Virus record (IMG/VR): IMGVR_UViG_3300027608_000021
Coordinates: 19,150 to 83,149 of that record
Source of the DNA: a virus
Direction: 5' to 3' (one strand)
Length of the DNA stretch: 64,000 nucleotides
Below are positions 38,729 through 48,248 of the stretch, piece after piece. A program made the translations under genes and the position numbers. The notes beneath the pieces are model-generated. The model did not search any database. It had not been told where the DNA came from and worked only from the letters and a program-made list of their open reading frames with translations. Within the stretch, counting starts at the first letter, position 1; each line of letters starts with the position of its first letter.

Positions 38729-39822
38729 TGCCGAACAGTGGATTCTTTTGGACTCAGGAGATGATAAAGAAACTTCTGACCGTTACCAAAGAGCAGTTCT
38801 TGGGTGACCATCCAGAAGTTACTAAGCACGCCTATCGTCAGCGATTGGCAGAGGAGTTGAAAACGATGAAAGACAAGGCGAAGGTAGCGGTCGTAGATGT
38901 GCCGCTTGTCCAAGTGCACCACGAGATTGCGCCTGTGACCCCAGTCAAGTACTCGTACATTGACAAGATTGGTAAGCCGATTGAGAAGCGTGGCGAGATT
39001 GTGGTCGCGGCTGGTGACTTCCAGTTCCCCTTTGAGGATCCAGAAGTCTTTGCTGCGTTCTTGACTTTCATTGCTACCGAGAAGCCAGAACGCATCGTGC
39101 TGACTGGCGACATCCTTGACCTGACTAGCGTCTCCGCATTTGAGCGAGACCCTCGTCTTGGGCTTCCTGTTCAGGATGAGTTGAATCACGCGCATAAGCG
39201 ACTAGCCGAGATCCGCGCAGCGGCTGGCAAGAAGGCTAAGATTCTGTTCATCTACGGAAACCACGAAGCGCGCTTCTCCAAGTGGCTGTCCCGCAAGGCT
39301 CCCGATCTTGTTGGACTTCACGATGCGAATGGTGTTGAGATGCTTTCGCTCGCCAACCTCTTGAGGCTGGATGCTTTGGACATCACTCCTTGCATCTCCG
39401 ATGGTGTTGCCTACAGTGGTCCTGAGCACCTGCGTTCGTACTATAAAATCACCGAGGACTTGATTGCCACACACGGAACTTACTCGCGTACTGCTGGTGG
39501 TGCTGCGTCCATTATTCCGATTTGTGAGGCTGCGGGCGTTTCCGTTGTCGGCGGGCACGATCATTCGCAAGGGATGGCGTTCCGCACTGTCGGTGGTTTC
39601 GCCGAACTGGAGGAGAAGCGAATGGTCGCCATCTCCACTGGTATGATGTGCCGCCGTACCGAACTGGGATACCTCGCCCAGCACCAAGTCGCTCGCTGGG
39701 CTGCTGGCTTCGCGGTCATTGAACTGTGGGGCGACAAGGCTGGTGAGTGGCAGCCCGACTTCGCGTCTTGGACTGGCACTGCTCTGGTCTGGCGCGGCAA
39801 GCGATATGCGGGGAAGCCGTGA
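38728..39822 (+). CDS. Calcineurin-like metallophosphoesterase
   Basis: GDFQ, LTGDILD, YGNHE, THG, GGHDH motifs. Confidence 0.9.
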   Translation: MPNSGFFWTQEMIKKLLTVTKEQFLGDHPEVTKHAYRQRLAEELKTMKDKAKVAVVDVPLVQVHHEIAPVTPVKYSYIDKIGKPIEKRGEIVVAAGDFQFPFEDPEVFAAFLTFIATEKPERIVLTGDILDLTSVSAFERDPRLGLPVQDELNHAHKRLAEIRAAAGKKAKILFIYGNHEARFSKWLSRKAPDLVGLHDANGVEMLSLANLLRLDALDITPCISDGVAYSGPEHLRSYYKITEDLIATHGTYSRTAGGAASIIPICEAAGVSVVGGHDHSQGMAFRTVGGFAELEEKRMVAISTGMMCRRTELGYLAQHQVARWAAGFAVIELWGDKAGEWQPDFASWTGTALVWRGKRYAGKP

Positions 39823-40382
39823 AGTCTCGCGGACGAGATAGCGGTATGTTGCGTGATCCATTCGGTAAGCCGCTTGTGAAAACCGAATCACAATCCACCC
39901 CCGAACAAAAGAAATCCAAGCGTGCGCTGCTTCGCCGATCCAAAGATGTGGAGCGGGAGTTTGCGCGCTGGCTTACTAGTGAGGACGGCTTTGATGAGAA
40001 GTACCGAAACCTCACTTCGTCCACTGGTCGTATCGGTCAGATCACTGGTATTCAAGCAGACATCCTTTCTGTTCACTATTTGGGTGAAGCGAAGAATGAG
40101 AAATTTCCACTGAAGTGGCTACGATATTGGCACAAGATTGTCCAAAAATCTACGGAGTGGAGGAAGGATCCAATCCTTCTGATCCTCCCTCCTAACCGAG
40201 CCGAAGTAGATCCGAAACTACCTGCGCTCCACATCATTACGCCTGAGCGTCACGCAGAACTTCTCCGCAAAGAGAAGTACTACGACGAACACGATGGTGA
40301 TGCGGAAGCAAAGTTCATCCAGCCAATCAACCCTAACCCAGTTACCAAGATTGTAAAGGAGATAAAGAATGGCGGGAAGTAA
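39819..40382 (+). CDS. Putative Holliday junction resolvase (PD-(D/E)XK)
   Basis: SKDVEREFARWL, ADIL, GEAKNE. Confidence 0.55.
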   Translation: MKSRGRDSGMLRDPFGKPLVKTESQSTPEQKKSKRALLRRSKDVEREFARWLTSEDGFDEKYRNLTSSTGRIGQITGIQADILSVHYLGEAKNEKFPLKWLRYWHKIVQKSTEWRKDPILLILPPNRAEVDPKLPALHIITPERHAELLRKEKYYDEHDGDAEAKFIQPINPNPVTKIVKEIKNGGK

Positions 40383-40569
40383 GAAGCCAGCCAAGATCGC
40401 GGTCAAGGGAAACTCCGCGAGTAAGGCGTTCCCAATCAAACTCTGTGCAAAGTGCAACAAGACCATCACCGCTGCGAAGGATTATGTCCCGCTTCAAGAG
40501 ATGTCGTGGGATAATAATCGCTTCTCGCGTAGGCAACTTGATTGTCACCGAGCGTGCATCAAGATCTAG
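40369..40569 (+). CDS. Small basic zinc-binding protein
   Basis: CAKC...HRAC; AAGGAG RBS. Confidence 0.55.
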   Translation: MAGSKKPAKIAVKGNSASKAFPIKLCAKCNKTITAAKDYVPLQEMSWDNNRFSRRQLDCHRACIKI

Positions 40570-41057
40570 GCTCCTCGCCCATCAAGTTGTGGGTGAGACG
40601 GCGCACCGCCGTACTCGTGGCGACGCTTGTAGTTGTACTTGCGTTGGTAAAACAAATGCTTGTTCACCATCTCAAGTGCGCGGCTCGCATCGCTGCGATC
40701 CCATCCCTCAACCATAATGCTGCCCTGCTCCGCTTGCGACGCTGGCAAGACCAAGACACTCCCGACAAGGAATGACTTGACATCCAGTTCGTCAAGGAGT
40801 GCGGTGGCATTGCGGTTGAGTTGATTGATCGGCTCCCACAGAGCCTCAGGGTCGCCGTAAATAGTTACGAGCATCCCCTTGCTGGGGTCTACAATCTCTG
40901 GCAGCCAGATGTCGCGGAATAGAATCCCAGCATCAGGGGCGGTGATCAACTTCTTGATGGTACTGATCCACGCCTTATGACTGAGCGTCTGCTCGTCAGA
41001 GAACCGCACGATCTCTGGCTCGCTGGTTGCACCAATAAACAATCCGTACTTACTCAT
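40566..41057 (-). CDS. Hypothetical protein (DUF3846-like)
   Basis: LNRNATALL...LVGSVLV pattern; GGAGGAG RBS. Confidence 0.5.
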   Translation of the reverse strand: MSKYGLFIGATSEPEIVRFSDEQTLSHKAWISTIKKLITAPDAGILFRDIWLPEIVDPSKGMLVTIYGDPEALWEPINQLNRNATALLDELDVKSFLVGSVLVLPASQAEQGSIMVEGWDRSDASRALEMVNKHLFYQRKYNYKRRHEYGGAPSHPQLDGRGA

Positions 41058-41071
41058 CTCTCCTCCTTCCA

Positions 41072-43255
41072 CTATCCGATCATCCCACGCTGGGTAAGTT
41101 TGCGCAAGAGGCTCGCCATCTTAGTAGGCAACTCCGATGGATCATTGCAGTCAATGAACTCCTGATACAGGCGACGATTGTCCTCGTCTGCACCATAGAC
41201 TCCGATGCCTACACCGATCACGATGCCGCCCTCGCGCTTGATGTCATTGACTAGATCCTTGACATTCTCTGCAACCGCTCCGTCCGTGAACTGGATGACC
41301 ACTCGCCTCTTGGCATCCACGCCCTTGAGCCGCTCCCACGCCATAGCCAGACCTTCTGCCGCTGGCGTACCGCCACCACCCCACATCCACATATTGGCGA
41401 GGGTTTCGTGCGTTAGCGGATCATTGAACCGCTTAGCGATACCTACGCGCCAGTCAGAGAATGTGTGTACCTCGTGAGGAATGTTAGAGCGCGACAGCGC
41501 GCTAGACATTAGAGCCGTGGACTGGATTGCATAGTAGAGCGGCGGGATAATCCCACGGCGACCATACATTTCTTTGCGCGCTGCGTCCATATCAAGTGTG
41601 CTCTTGTGACCATTGTTGATCCAGTCCTGCGCGAGCCTGAACACTGATGCCTCGTGGCTAATAACTTGCTCAGCAAAATCCTTCAGCATATTGGTGTGAG
41701 CCGCGCCCTCCGTCATTGAGCCGCTGAGATCCACCGACAGAACAAACGCGCTGCCGCCGTTGCGACCAGTGTGAGGCTCGCGGAATATATCCAACTTACC
41801 CAGCGTACCCTGCGATGCGCGGCGTGTATCCAACTTACCGCTGCGTGCAAACTGCCGACTCTTGCGACCAGCATTTGTCTGAGAGAATGTCCGCATCTGC
41901 ATTGCCAGCGCATTTGCGTATCCACCAACCTGTGCCACCATATTCGCAGCACCAGCCTTATCCTGCTTGACGATCTCCTCTGATGACTCGTAATACTCTG
42001 ACCGCCCAACAGCGACAACATTCACATACTTGCCGTCATAACCGACCTTACCGCTACCGATTGAAACCTTGACGCGACCGTGCTCATCCGTGCCGCTCTT
42101 GAGATCCCAGTCCAACTTGTTGATCGGGCTATTCGTAGCGAGCGGCGTAGCAGCGACATTGGTCTGCGGCGCGAAGTAAGTGGACTGCTCCACATTGTCG
42201 CTCCACAGCGTTGCCTCTGGCTTGAGTGCGTTCAACTTCTTGGCGAGTGAGCGAGCACGGCGGCGAATAGAATCGCTCGTCGCACCACCGATTACCTTGT
42301 CGTTCTTGCCGTCTCCGTTGATTTCGCCGTGTGATTGGTTGACTTGCGACTGAACTCCCATACGGCTCGCAGCCTCCTGCTCGTGCCGACGCTCATCCGC
42401 ATCGTAGGTCGTGCTTTCGGTCTCGCTTACTTGACCTGTGCTTGGATTGCTGCCAAGCCCTCCCGCTCCTGCGGATGGTGTCTGCCCACTTTCGGGTCTA
42501 GGAGAGGCGTTCTGGCTGGGGGAGCCGTCAGACCCCACCCCCTGAGACTGCGCCCCGCTCCGTGGCTCCTGCCCCCCTGTACGAAGGTTAGGATTGCCCC
42601 ACGGGGCGTTTCTGGCTTGCTCAACTGGGCTGATTTGTGGCTGTGCAGCAGCCTTTGCTTTCCGACCACGGCTGGCGATCTGATCTGCGACTTCATCAAA
42701 GAGAGGGAACACCCGCTCTACGATTGGCAGCAACTCCTCCGTTGTCTTTGCAGCACGAGCCGCATCACGCAGACCAGCGGCGCGAAACTTCTTGACAAAC
42801 TCACGCGCTCGTGGCTTGAGATTCTGTTCATCATATTCATATCCTGCTACCTCTAGATACATTGACTTGATTGCCTGAATGATCCACGCTTCGCCCTTGA
42901 TTTGTGGCATCGTCTGATCCACAAGGTTGCGCTGGAACTGCACGCGCAGACCACGCTTCTTGTGGAACGAGCGTCGCTCCATACGCCCATCCTCAAGAGA
43001 GTTGAGCAGCATCATAGTACCCTCGTCCAAATAGCGAGCCGCTGTTGGCGAAGTGCTTGTGATGTGCAGAGCCTCGTGCGCTGCCAAGTCTTGCGCGAAT
43101 GGCGACCCGACTGGCAGACTCACGACGCGCTGAGGAATGTGTGTGTTGGCTCCGTGCTCAATGTCACGGATCGCAACTGACTCGCCCTTGTTGCCAGCAA
43201 AAGCGTCAATGTACGCAGCCAACTGGGTGCGATTGAAGCGATACTTCTTAGGCAT
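41072..43255 (-). CDS. VWA-domain protein (CobT/NorD-like partner) with N-terminal HExxH domain
   Basis: AHEALH..NSLEDGRME; RSGKLD; MIDAS motif VDLSGSM...GGTP...FTDG. Confidence 0.88.
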   Translation of the reverse strand: MPKKYRFNRTQLAAYIDAFAGNKGESVAIRDIEHGANTHIPQRVVSLPVGSPFAQDLAAHEALHITSTSPTAARYLDEGTMMLLNSLEDGRMERRSFHKKRGLRVQFQRNLVDQTMPQIKGEAWIIQAIKSMYLEVAGYEYDEQNLKPRAREFVKKFRAAGLRDAARAAKTTEELLPIVERVFPLFDEVADQIASRGRKAKAAAQPQISPVEQARNAPWGNPNLRTGGQEPRSGAQSQGVGSDGSPSQNASPRPESGQTPSAGAGGLGSNPSTGQVSETESTTYDADERRHEQEAASRMGVQSQVNQSHGEINGDGKNDKVIGGATSDSIRRRARSLAKKLNALKPEATLWSDNVEQSTYFAPQTNVAATPLATNSPINKLDWDLKSGTDEHGRVKVSIGSGKVGYDGKYVNVVAVGRSEYYESSEEIVKQDKAGAANMVAQVGGYANALAMQMRTFSQTNAGRKSRQFARSGKLDTRRASQGTLGKLDIFREPHTGRNGGSAFVLSVDLSGSMTEGAAHTNMLKDFAEQVISHEASVFRLAQDWINNGHKSTLDMDAARKEMYGRRGIIPPLYYAIQSTALMSSALSRSNIPHEVHTFSDWRVGIAKRFNDPLTHETLANMWMWGGGGTPAAEGLAMAWERLKGVDAKRRVVIQFTDGAVAENVKDLVNDIKREGGIVIGVGIGVYGADEDNRRLYQEFIDCNDPSELPTKMASLLRKLTQRGMIG

Positions 43256-44240
43256 TAGCCACCTCCTCAACTACAGGCTGGTTCTCATCGTCACCAGCGA
43301 ACGCATCCAAGAACAACTTGTGCACGACAGGACGATCCTCGCCGTTGATCTTATTGGTGAACGCAATCTCCACCGCAGCCATAATGCTGATCTCCGTTGA
43401 GAGCAGCGCAATGTCAATCGCACGGCGTGTACTTGCAGTCACGAACATTGAGAGCGGCTGTTGCGTAACCTTCTGGGTCTCTGTGCCATCCTCATTCTTG
43501 ATGGTCTCCAGTACAGGCTCGCCAAGACCAGCCGCACGGCGCACGCTGTTGAATACCTCAACGATGCGAGTCGCACGAGAGTGCTTGATCTTTCCAGCCC
43601 GAGCGATGACCGCTGCTTCCTTCTCAGGATTCTCTAGCCCGAGATACGCAACCTCTGCCACAATGAAGCGGTCAAGAGTTGCCTCGTTGAGAATGCGAGC
43701 ACCAGCGTACTGACCGCTGTCTGCAGGGTTCGCTGTAGCCACCAACATAAATGCTGGATGCGGCTCAATGAACTCTGCACCATCTGGCTTCTCATAGATA
43801 TTGAGTCGGTACTCTGTTGCCAAGAAATCGTGCAGTCGCATTAGCGTCCGCTCGTCGGCAGCGTTGATCTCGTCCAACACGAGGATGCCACCCTGACGCA
43901 AAGCATTAGGCAGCGCGCCATCACGCCACTCCACAGCGATGCCGTTCTTACCAGATACAGGGATCGGCATACCAATCAACTGATCCGTCGTCGTGCCTTC
44001 AGCCAGCGAGACAACATAGACAGGCAGCCCCAACTGATGCGCGAACCAACGCACAGCAGCGTTCTTGCCAGTACCAGTATGCCCACTCAGCAACACAGGT
44101 CGCTTGTGCTTGAACCCTAGAGCGAGAGCCGTAGCCTCCTCACCCTGAACCTCGTAATCCTCCGCAGCAGGGATCAAATGCTCCCCACCTGAAACCTTTG
44201 GCTTCTCCAACGAGATGCCCTGAATCTGAACTTCTGCCAT
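43248..44240 (-). CDS. MoxR-type AAA+ ATPase (CobS/CbbQ/NorQ-like)
   Basis: GHTGTGKN, WRDGAL, LVLDEIN, VATANP, LNEATLDRF, STR. Confidence 0.92.
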   Translation of the reverse strand: MAEVQIQGISLEKPKVSGGEHLIPAAEDYEVQGEEATALALGFKHKRPVLLSGHTGTGKNAAVRWFAHQLGLPVYVVSLAEGTTTDQLIGMPIPVSGKNGIAVEWRDGALPNALRQGGILVLDEINAADERTLMRLHDFLATEYRLNIYEKPDGAEFIEPHPAFMLVATANPADSGQYAGARILNEATLDRFIVAEVAYLGLENPEKEAAVIARAGKIKHSRATRIVEVFNSVRRAAGLGEPVLETIKNEDGTETQKVTQQPLSMFVTASTRRAIDIALLSTEISIMAAVEIAFTNKINGEDRPVVHKLFLDAFAGDDENQPVVEEVANA

Positions 44241-44296
44241 ACTACCTCCTTCATTGCTACACCTTCCTATCCTCTAGCCGAAACCATTTCATAGAT

Positions 44297-44620
44297 CTCC
44301 ATCCTTACTTGTTGCTGGTTTGTGAGGGGTGCACTCTTACTACAAAGTCCTCACCGACCAATCTTGAGGCATATGAACCAAAGGTTCGCCTCAGCAGAAG
44401 TGTGTCCGTTAGTAGCGTCTGCCACCTCGCTATTGGTGCGACCCCTTTTATTGGAGACCTTTCACCGAGAGCGGCGCATCTGGCTTATCTAGAATCCACC
44501 AGATACTATTGCTCAGGGTTACCACGAGTCCCAAAAGGATCGCACCCAGACAGAGAACCTTACGATTCTCTGGCGAGTGGGGTGTTCTAAGTCCCACTCA
44601 CCAGAGACCATATTGTCTCC
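44297..44620 (-). ncRNA. Candidate ~320-nt structured non-coding RNA
   Basis: Between two element copies, with no long minus-strand ORF. Stems: 44567-44581/44593-44607, 44435-44449/44533-44546, 44476-44483/44499-44506, 44365-44393, 44322-44354. Confidence 0.6.
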
Positions 44621-44678
44621 TACCCTCTAGCCGAAAGTGTTTCACATATCCCTTTCGGTAAAGAGATTATAAATATTT

Positions 44679-44876
44679 CTAAATGTTTAGTCCGTATCTG
44701 CGAAGATCTCGCTTGAGATTCTGCACGGCTCGCCCATCGCTAGGCGTGAACGACGAGAACACCTTCACGCCAGTCGGGGAGACCCACGACAGATGCGTGT
44801 TCTTTCTCTGCTCCACGCGCCAGCCCTGAGCCACCGCGATCTCAAACAAATCCCTATAAACCTTAGGCACTTTCAT
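44679..44876 (-). CDS. HicA-like (dsRBD-fold) small protein
   Basis: QGWRVEQRKNTHLSWVSPTG...TPSD.RAVQNLKRDLRRYG. Confidence 0.65.
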   Translation of the reverse strand: MKVPKVYRDLFEIAVAQGWRVEQRKNTHLSWVSPTGVKVFSSFTPSDGRAVQNLKRDLRRYGLNI

Positions 44877-45013
44877 TTGATAGCCGTCCAAATGATTACG
44901 CCGAAAGTGATGAGCGCGCACACCACGATGGTGGCATCCTGCCGCTCTCGTGTCTTGCGAGCCTCCTTCACATAGTATGACTCAATGTTGCGAACCTTCT
45001 TGCGTGTCCTCAT
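44873..45013 (-). CDS. Small C-terminal-TM protein (46 aa)
   Basis: ATGA overlaps at both ends; basic N-terminus then hydrophobic helix. Confidence 0.55.
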   Translation of the reverse strand: MRTRKKVRNIESYYVKEARKTRERQDATIVVCALITFGVIIWTAIK

Positions 45014-45381
45014 TCTCCACCTCCATTCTCCAAGTCCAAGTAGCGAGACTTCTTACCCACTACGAAATCTAGTTGCGTCTGCAACCTTTTTGCCTCGTCC
45101 AGTTTGAGACGGATCGGCATCAGGTCGTCAGCCAGATCCCGATTGTTCTGTGGGCTTGAGACCCAGATCGTGACGAGCGCATCCTGACCAAGTTCGTGCT
45201 GCTCGTCAAAGTCAGCATCAACCCACAGGGAAATCTGACCGACAACACCAACGAACGGATCGCTGTGTGTTGGTACTTCGTCCCCGAATGAGAACACATT
45301 CTTATCGTTCTCTTGTCGCTCAATAGTTGCGTGAACAGATTCCTGAATCACCAACGGAAAATCTTTCGCGTTCATACTCAA
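45010..45381 (-). CDS. Hypothetical protein
   Basis: GGAGG RBS; operonic overlap. Confidence 0.65.
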   Translation of the reverse strand: MSMNAKDFPLVIQESVHATIERQENDKNVFSFGDEVPTHSDPFVGVVGQISLWVDADFDEQHELGQDALVTIWVSSPQNNRDLADDLMPIRLKLDEAKRLQTQLDFVVGKKSRYLDLENGGGE

Positions 45382-46133
45382 CCTCCAATCCCCATAAAGC
45401 CTTCGTCATTCCAAAGGCGCATACCATTATCGTAATACTCCTTGCTGATCACCCGCTTAGGGTCGTCCTCCCAGAACGGATCAACCTCAATAGTATCGCC
45501 CTCGTCCTCAACGCTCCAGAACCCTTCGTTCGTGCATTCTCCTGCGATGAAAGTATTCTCGCCAATGAAGCCCATTCCCATCTCAGCGAACTTGATATGC
45601 ACCACAGCATCAGGGTACTTCGCCGACAGAGCCTCTACGATTCGCATCGGTGGAGACCACGCCGTATCAAAGTTCACGAACGCAGACTTGCCAGACTTGC
45701 CGATATGAACATCGTCTCCACCAACGCTCCACTTCGTGCCCCAGTTTGCAATGTTCCAGTTCCACCAGAACAGAGGATGCTCCGACACCTTGATTCCCAA
45801 ATGATCAGGACAACGCTCAACAGCAGAGCCAATCTCGCTGGCAAATGATCCGTCAATCTTGGAGTGATCCTTGAGTGGCGGCTTGCCATTGACTAGCCAC
45901 ACACCATTAGGAGTCTCGCCCACATATTCAGACTTGCACTCGCAGCCCACATAAGAGTGCTGCGACGGCTCGCCCTTATAAATCCGCTCATCCTCTGGGT
46001 CGCCAATCGGCGGCGGTACAATCTTGGCGAAGTCAAAGTCAGAGTGATCCGACTTGATCTCCCCAAGAATCTCCGCGATTCTCTCCTCGCTCTTTGCCGT
46101 GAGCGTGATCTCGTTGCCGCACCAGTTAGGCAT
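45378..46133 (-). CDS. DUF1281/YubB-like ferredoxin-fold protein
   Basis: MPNWCGN, FDFAKIVP, WNIANWGTKW, FDTAWSPP, F.E.G.GF.G. Confidence 0.85.
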   Translation of the reverse strand: MPNWCGNEITLTAKSEERIAEILGEIKSDHSDFDFAKIVPPPIGDPEDERIYKGEPSQHSYVGCECKSEYVGETPNGVWLVNGKPPLKDHSKIDGSFASEIGSAVERCPDHLGIKVSEHPLFWWNWNIANWGTKWSVGGDDVHIGKSGKSAFVNFDTAWSPPMRIVEALSAKYPDAVVHIKFAEMGMGFIGENTFIAGECTNEGFWSVEDEGDTIEVDPFWEDDPKRVISKEYYDNGMRLWNDEGFMGIGG

Positions 46134-46336
46134 TACTCCCACTCCTTTCGCTTCTTGGCGTAGCGACTAGCCAACGCCACATCCACCTTATCGTAAACAA
46201 AGTACGCTACAACCAGCGCACCAAGACCAGCGAGACCTCCGACGATAAGACCGAGAGAGTTCCCGCCACTTAGCCCTGCGATAAACCCACCACCGAATAT
46301 AAACACCACCATTAGAAACTTCTCTGACTTGCTCAT
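46133..46336 (-). CDS. Small two-TM membrane protein
   Basis: Two hydrophobic Gly-rich helices; AAGGAGG RBS; directly downstream of an element copy. Confidence 0.7.
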   Translation of the reverse strand: MSKSEKFLMVVFIFGGGFIAGLSGGNSLGLIVGGLAGLGALVVAYFVYDKVDVALASRYAKKRKEWE

Positions 46337-46392
46337 ACTACCTCCTTCTATATATATCTATCTAACCTCTAGCCGAAACCATTTCACAGAGT

Positions 46393-46803
46393 CTATTCCC
46401 AAACATACGGCAAGTCGTTTGACTCGTGCCACCCAAACTTGCTGTAATAATCTGCGTCCTTGCGGAGCAGATTGCTACGATGCGACTCGTGGAAGTCGTC
46501 GCGTCCCAACCACGGCGGCACTACGACAGCCGTTTCGTAGTCGCGGTACGCCAGAATCTTGTCGCGGCAAGTGTCCTTGTACCCGCGCTTGATCCACTCG
46601 TCGCACATCGCTACGCCATAAACCACGAGGCAGTTCTCATACCCTCGCCACATCTTTGCAGCGGGGTGATTGACCCACCCTTTTGTCTCGCCCTTGAGAG
46701 CCTTGAGCAGTTGGAGCGTCTCCACTCGCTGCTTGCCTAGTCTCTGTCTGTCAAGAACCTGAGCAGACTTCACGAAGTCATTGTATGGCAGGAATGTTTG
46801 CAT
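46393..46803 (-). CDS. Pyrimidine-dimer DNA glycosylase / endonuclease V-like protein (MSMEG_6728-type)
   Basis: MQTFLPY, LDRQRLGKQRVE, HPAAKMWRGY, EW..RGY.D, PPWLG, SHRSNLLRKD. Confidence 0.85.
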   Translation of the reverse strand: MQTFLPYNDFVKSAQVLDRQRLGKQRVETLQLLKALKGETKGWVNHPAAKMWRGYENCLVVYGVAMCDEWIKRGYKDTCRDKILAYRDYETAVVVPPWLGRDDFHESHRSNLLRKDADYYSKFGWHESNDLPYVWE

Positions 46804-47216
46804 CAGTCCCACCACCAGAGCACAGAGTCTCCGCGATCCTCAAACTCGTCGGCTCCCAACGCAGAGCCTCGCACGGATGCCTTCATCCGCTTGTATTCGT
46901 CTGCGCTGTATGCGTTCAGACCTTCTAGCGAAAGCCGTGCGTCCTCTCGCCCACAGCCAACCAAGTAGCCGTGATACTTCACCTCAATACCTTCCGCTTC
47001 TAGTCGCCCTGCTTCTTTGATCAGAGCAAGCGTGCCGATGAAGTTATTCCAAAGTTGGTAGTCGGTAAGAGCACCTCCTGCCAACAGAGCCTCCTCCATC
47101 TTATCCCACGGCACATCGCTGAACCGACGGAGACCGCCAGACCAGTCATCGTGCGTGAAGTACGGAGACAGAATCTGCTCTACCTGATCTACAATCTGCT
47201 GCTTCTCGTCAGTCAT
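46803..47216 (-). CDS. Hypothetical protein
   Basis: GAGGAGG RBS; coupled start/stop; ends LWWWD. Confidence 0.7.
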   Translation of the reverse strand: MTDEKQQIVDQVEQILSPYFTHDDWSGGLRRFSDVPWDKMEEALLAGGALTDYQLWNNFIGTLALIKEAGRLEAEGIEVKYHGYLVGCGREDARLSLEGLNAYSADEYKRMKASVRGSALGADEFEDRGDSVLWWWD

Positions 47217-47419
47217 TACTCCACCTCCTCATCTAAATCCTCAAACCCAGAGACAAGAGCCTCCCCGACAATCTGTCGCGGATCGCTATCGTAAGCCACA
47301 GGAACGGCTCGGTCAATAACCTTGTCGTCCTCCTGAACCACGATCACATCCAGCCCCTCAATATCGGTCGTCGCCTCTGCGACTAGACCACCACGAATCT
47401 GAACCACAATCACAGGCAT
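47216..47419 (-). CDS. Hypothetical acidic protein
   Basis: Directly downstream of an element copy with AGGAGG. Confidence 0.7.
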   Translation of the reverse strand: MPVIVVQIRGGLVAEATTDIEGLDVIVVQEDDKVIDRAVPVAYDSDPRQIVGEALVSGFEDLDEEVE

Positions 47420-47449
47420 ATCTACCTCCTCTCTACCCTCTAGCCGAAA

Positions 47450-47791
47450 CTATTTCACAGATGCTTCTTGCTCGCTTGGCACACACCCAACGCAGTACGG
47501 CTCACCCCTGTCGGTATCAAGTCGCCCTGTCTCTGGGTTGTACCAAACAATATCGTCCTCCACTACAACGCTGTCGCAGACCGCGCAGTTCTCAATGTCG
47601 TCAAACTTGTCCGCTCTACGATCCTCGCATCCGCGACAATAAATCATTGCCACACCAGACCAGTTCTTTGCGCTTACAAAGTATTCCTTGCCAACAAAGT
47701 CGTCTGCTAACTTCTCGTCGCATTGGTCGCACTTAGTCGGCTCAATGCTTTTGAGTATCTTTCTCCCTAGTTGCGGCGAAACTCTGCTCAT
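47450..47791 (-). CDS. Multi-CxxC zinc-binding protein
   Basis: Four CxxC pairs; stop codon lies inside the downstream element. Confidence 0.7.
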   Translation of the reverse strand: MSRVSPQLGRKILKSIEPTKCDQCDEKLADDFVGKEYFVSAKNWSGVAMIYCRGCEDRRADKFDDIENCAVCDSVVVEDDIVWYNPETGRLDTDRGEPYCVGCVPSEQEASVK

Positions 47792-47793
47792 TG

Positions 47794-48000
47794 CTACTCC
47801 TCCTCGTAGCCGTCAAACCACGCGCCATACTTATCGGTGTGTGCTTTGCCAGCCTCGCTAGTTGCCGTGCTGCTGCTCGTATCAGGATCATTACACCAAT
47901 GCTGAGCCTGTTCTAGAGTCTTACCTCTAGCCAGTACCCGCGTAGGATACTCGTCGCTGAAATACATTCGTACTACCCGATACTTCTTGCCGTCAGACAT
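47794..48000 (-). CDS. Conserved phage hypothetical protein
   Basis: GKTLEQAQHWCNDPDTSS...WFDGY; AAGGAG RBS. Confidence 0.7.
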   Translation of the reverse strand: MSDGKKYRVVRMYFSDEYPTRVLARGKTLEQAQHWCNDPDTSSSTATSEAGKAHTDKYGAWFDGYEEE

Positions 48001-48217
48001 TCGTCTCCTCCTTATCACCCGCTAGGGTAATCCAGTCAATCTTTCCTGCCCCGAACAGGATTGCCTTTGGGTCAATATTGTATGACTGAGCAACATACTG
48101 AGCCATACCTTCCTCCGATCCGCAGTCGCTGCATACCATCGTCTTGTTATCGTATCGGGATAGTGCCCCTCTGATTGCGTCAAACTCCTTGCCACAGCCA
48201 TTGCATTCCTGAATCAT
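47993..48217 (-). CDS. Small zinc-finger protein
   Basis: CNGC...ALSRYDN...CSDCG; follows an element copy. Confidence 0.7.
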   Translation of the reverse strand: MIQECNGCGKEFDAIRGALSRYDNKTMVCSDCGSEEGMAQYVAQSYNIDPKAILFGAGKIDWITLAGDKEETNV

Positions 48218-48248
48218 TTCTGCACCTCCTTCTACTCTCTAGCCGAAA

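Noticed and set aside
44458-44483. Hammerhead ribozyme core (CAGAUGC-stem-GAAA)
   Set aside because: Two mismatches to the invariant CUGANGA, and that segment pairs better in another helix.
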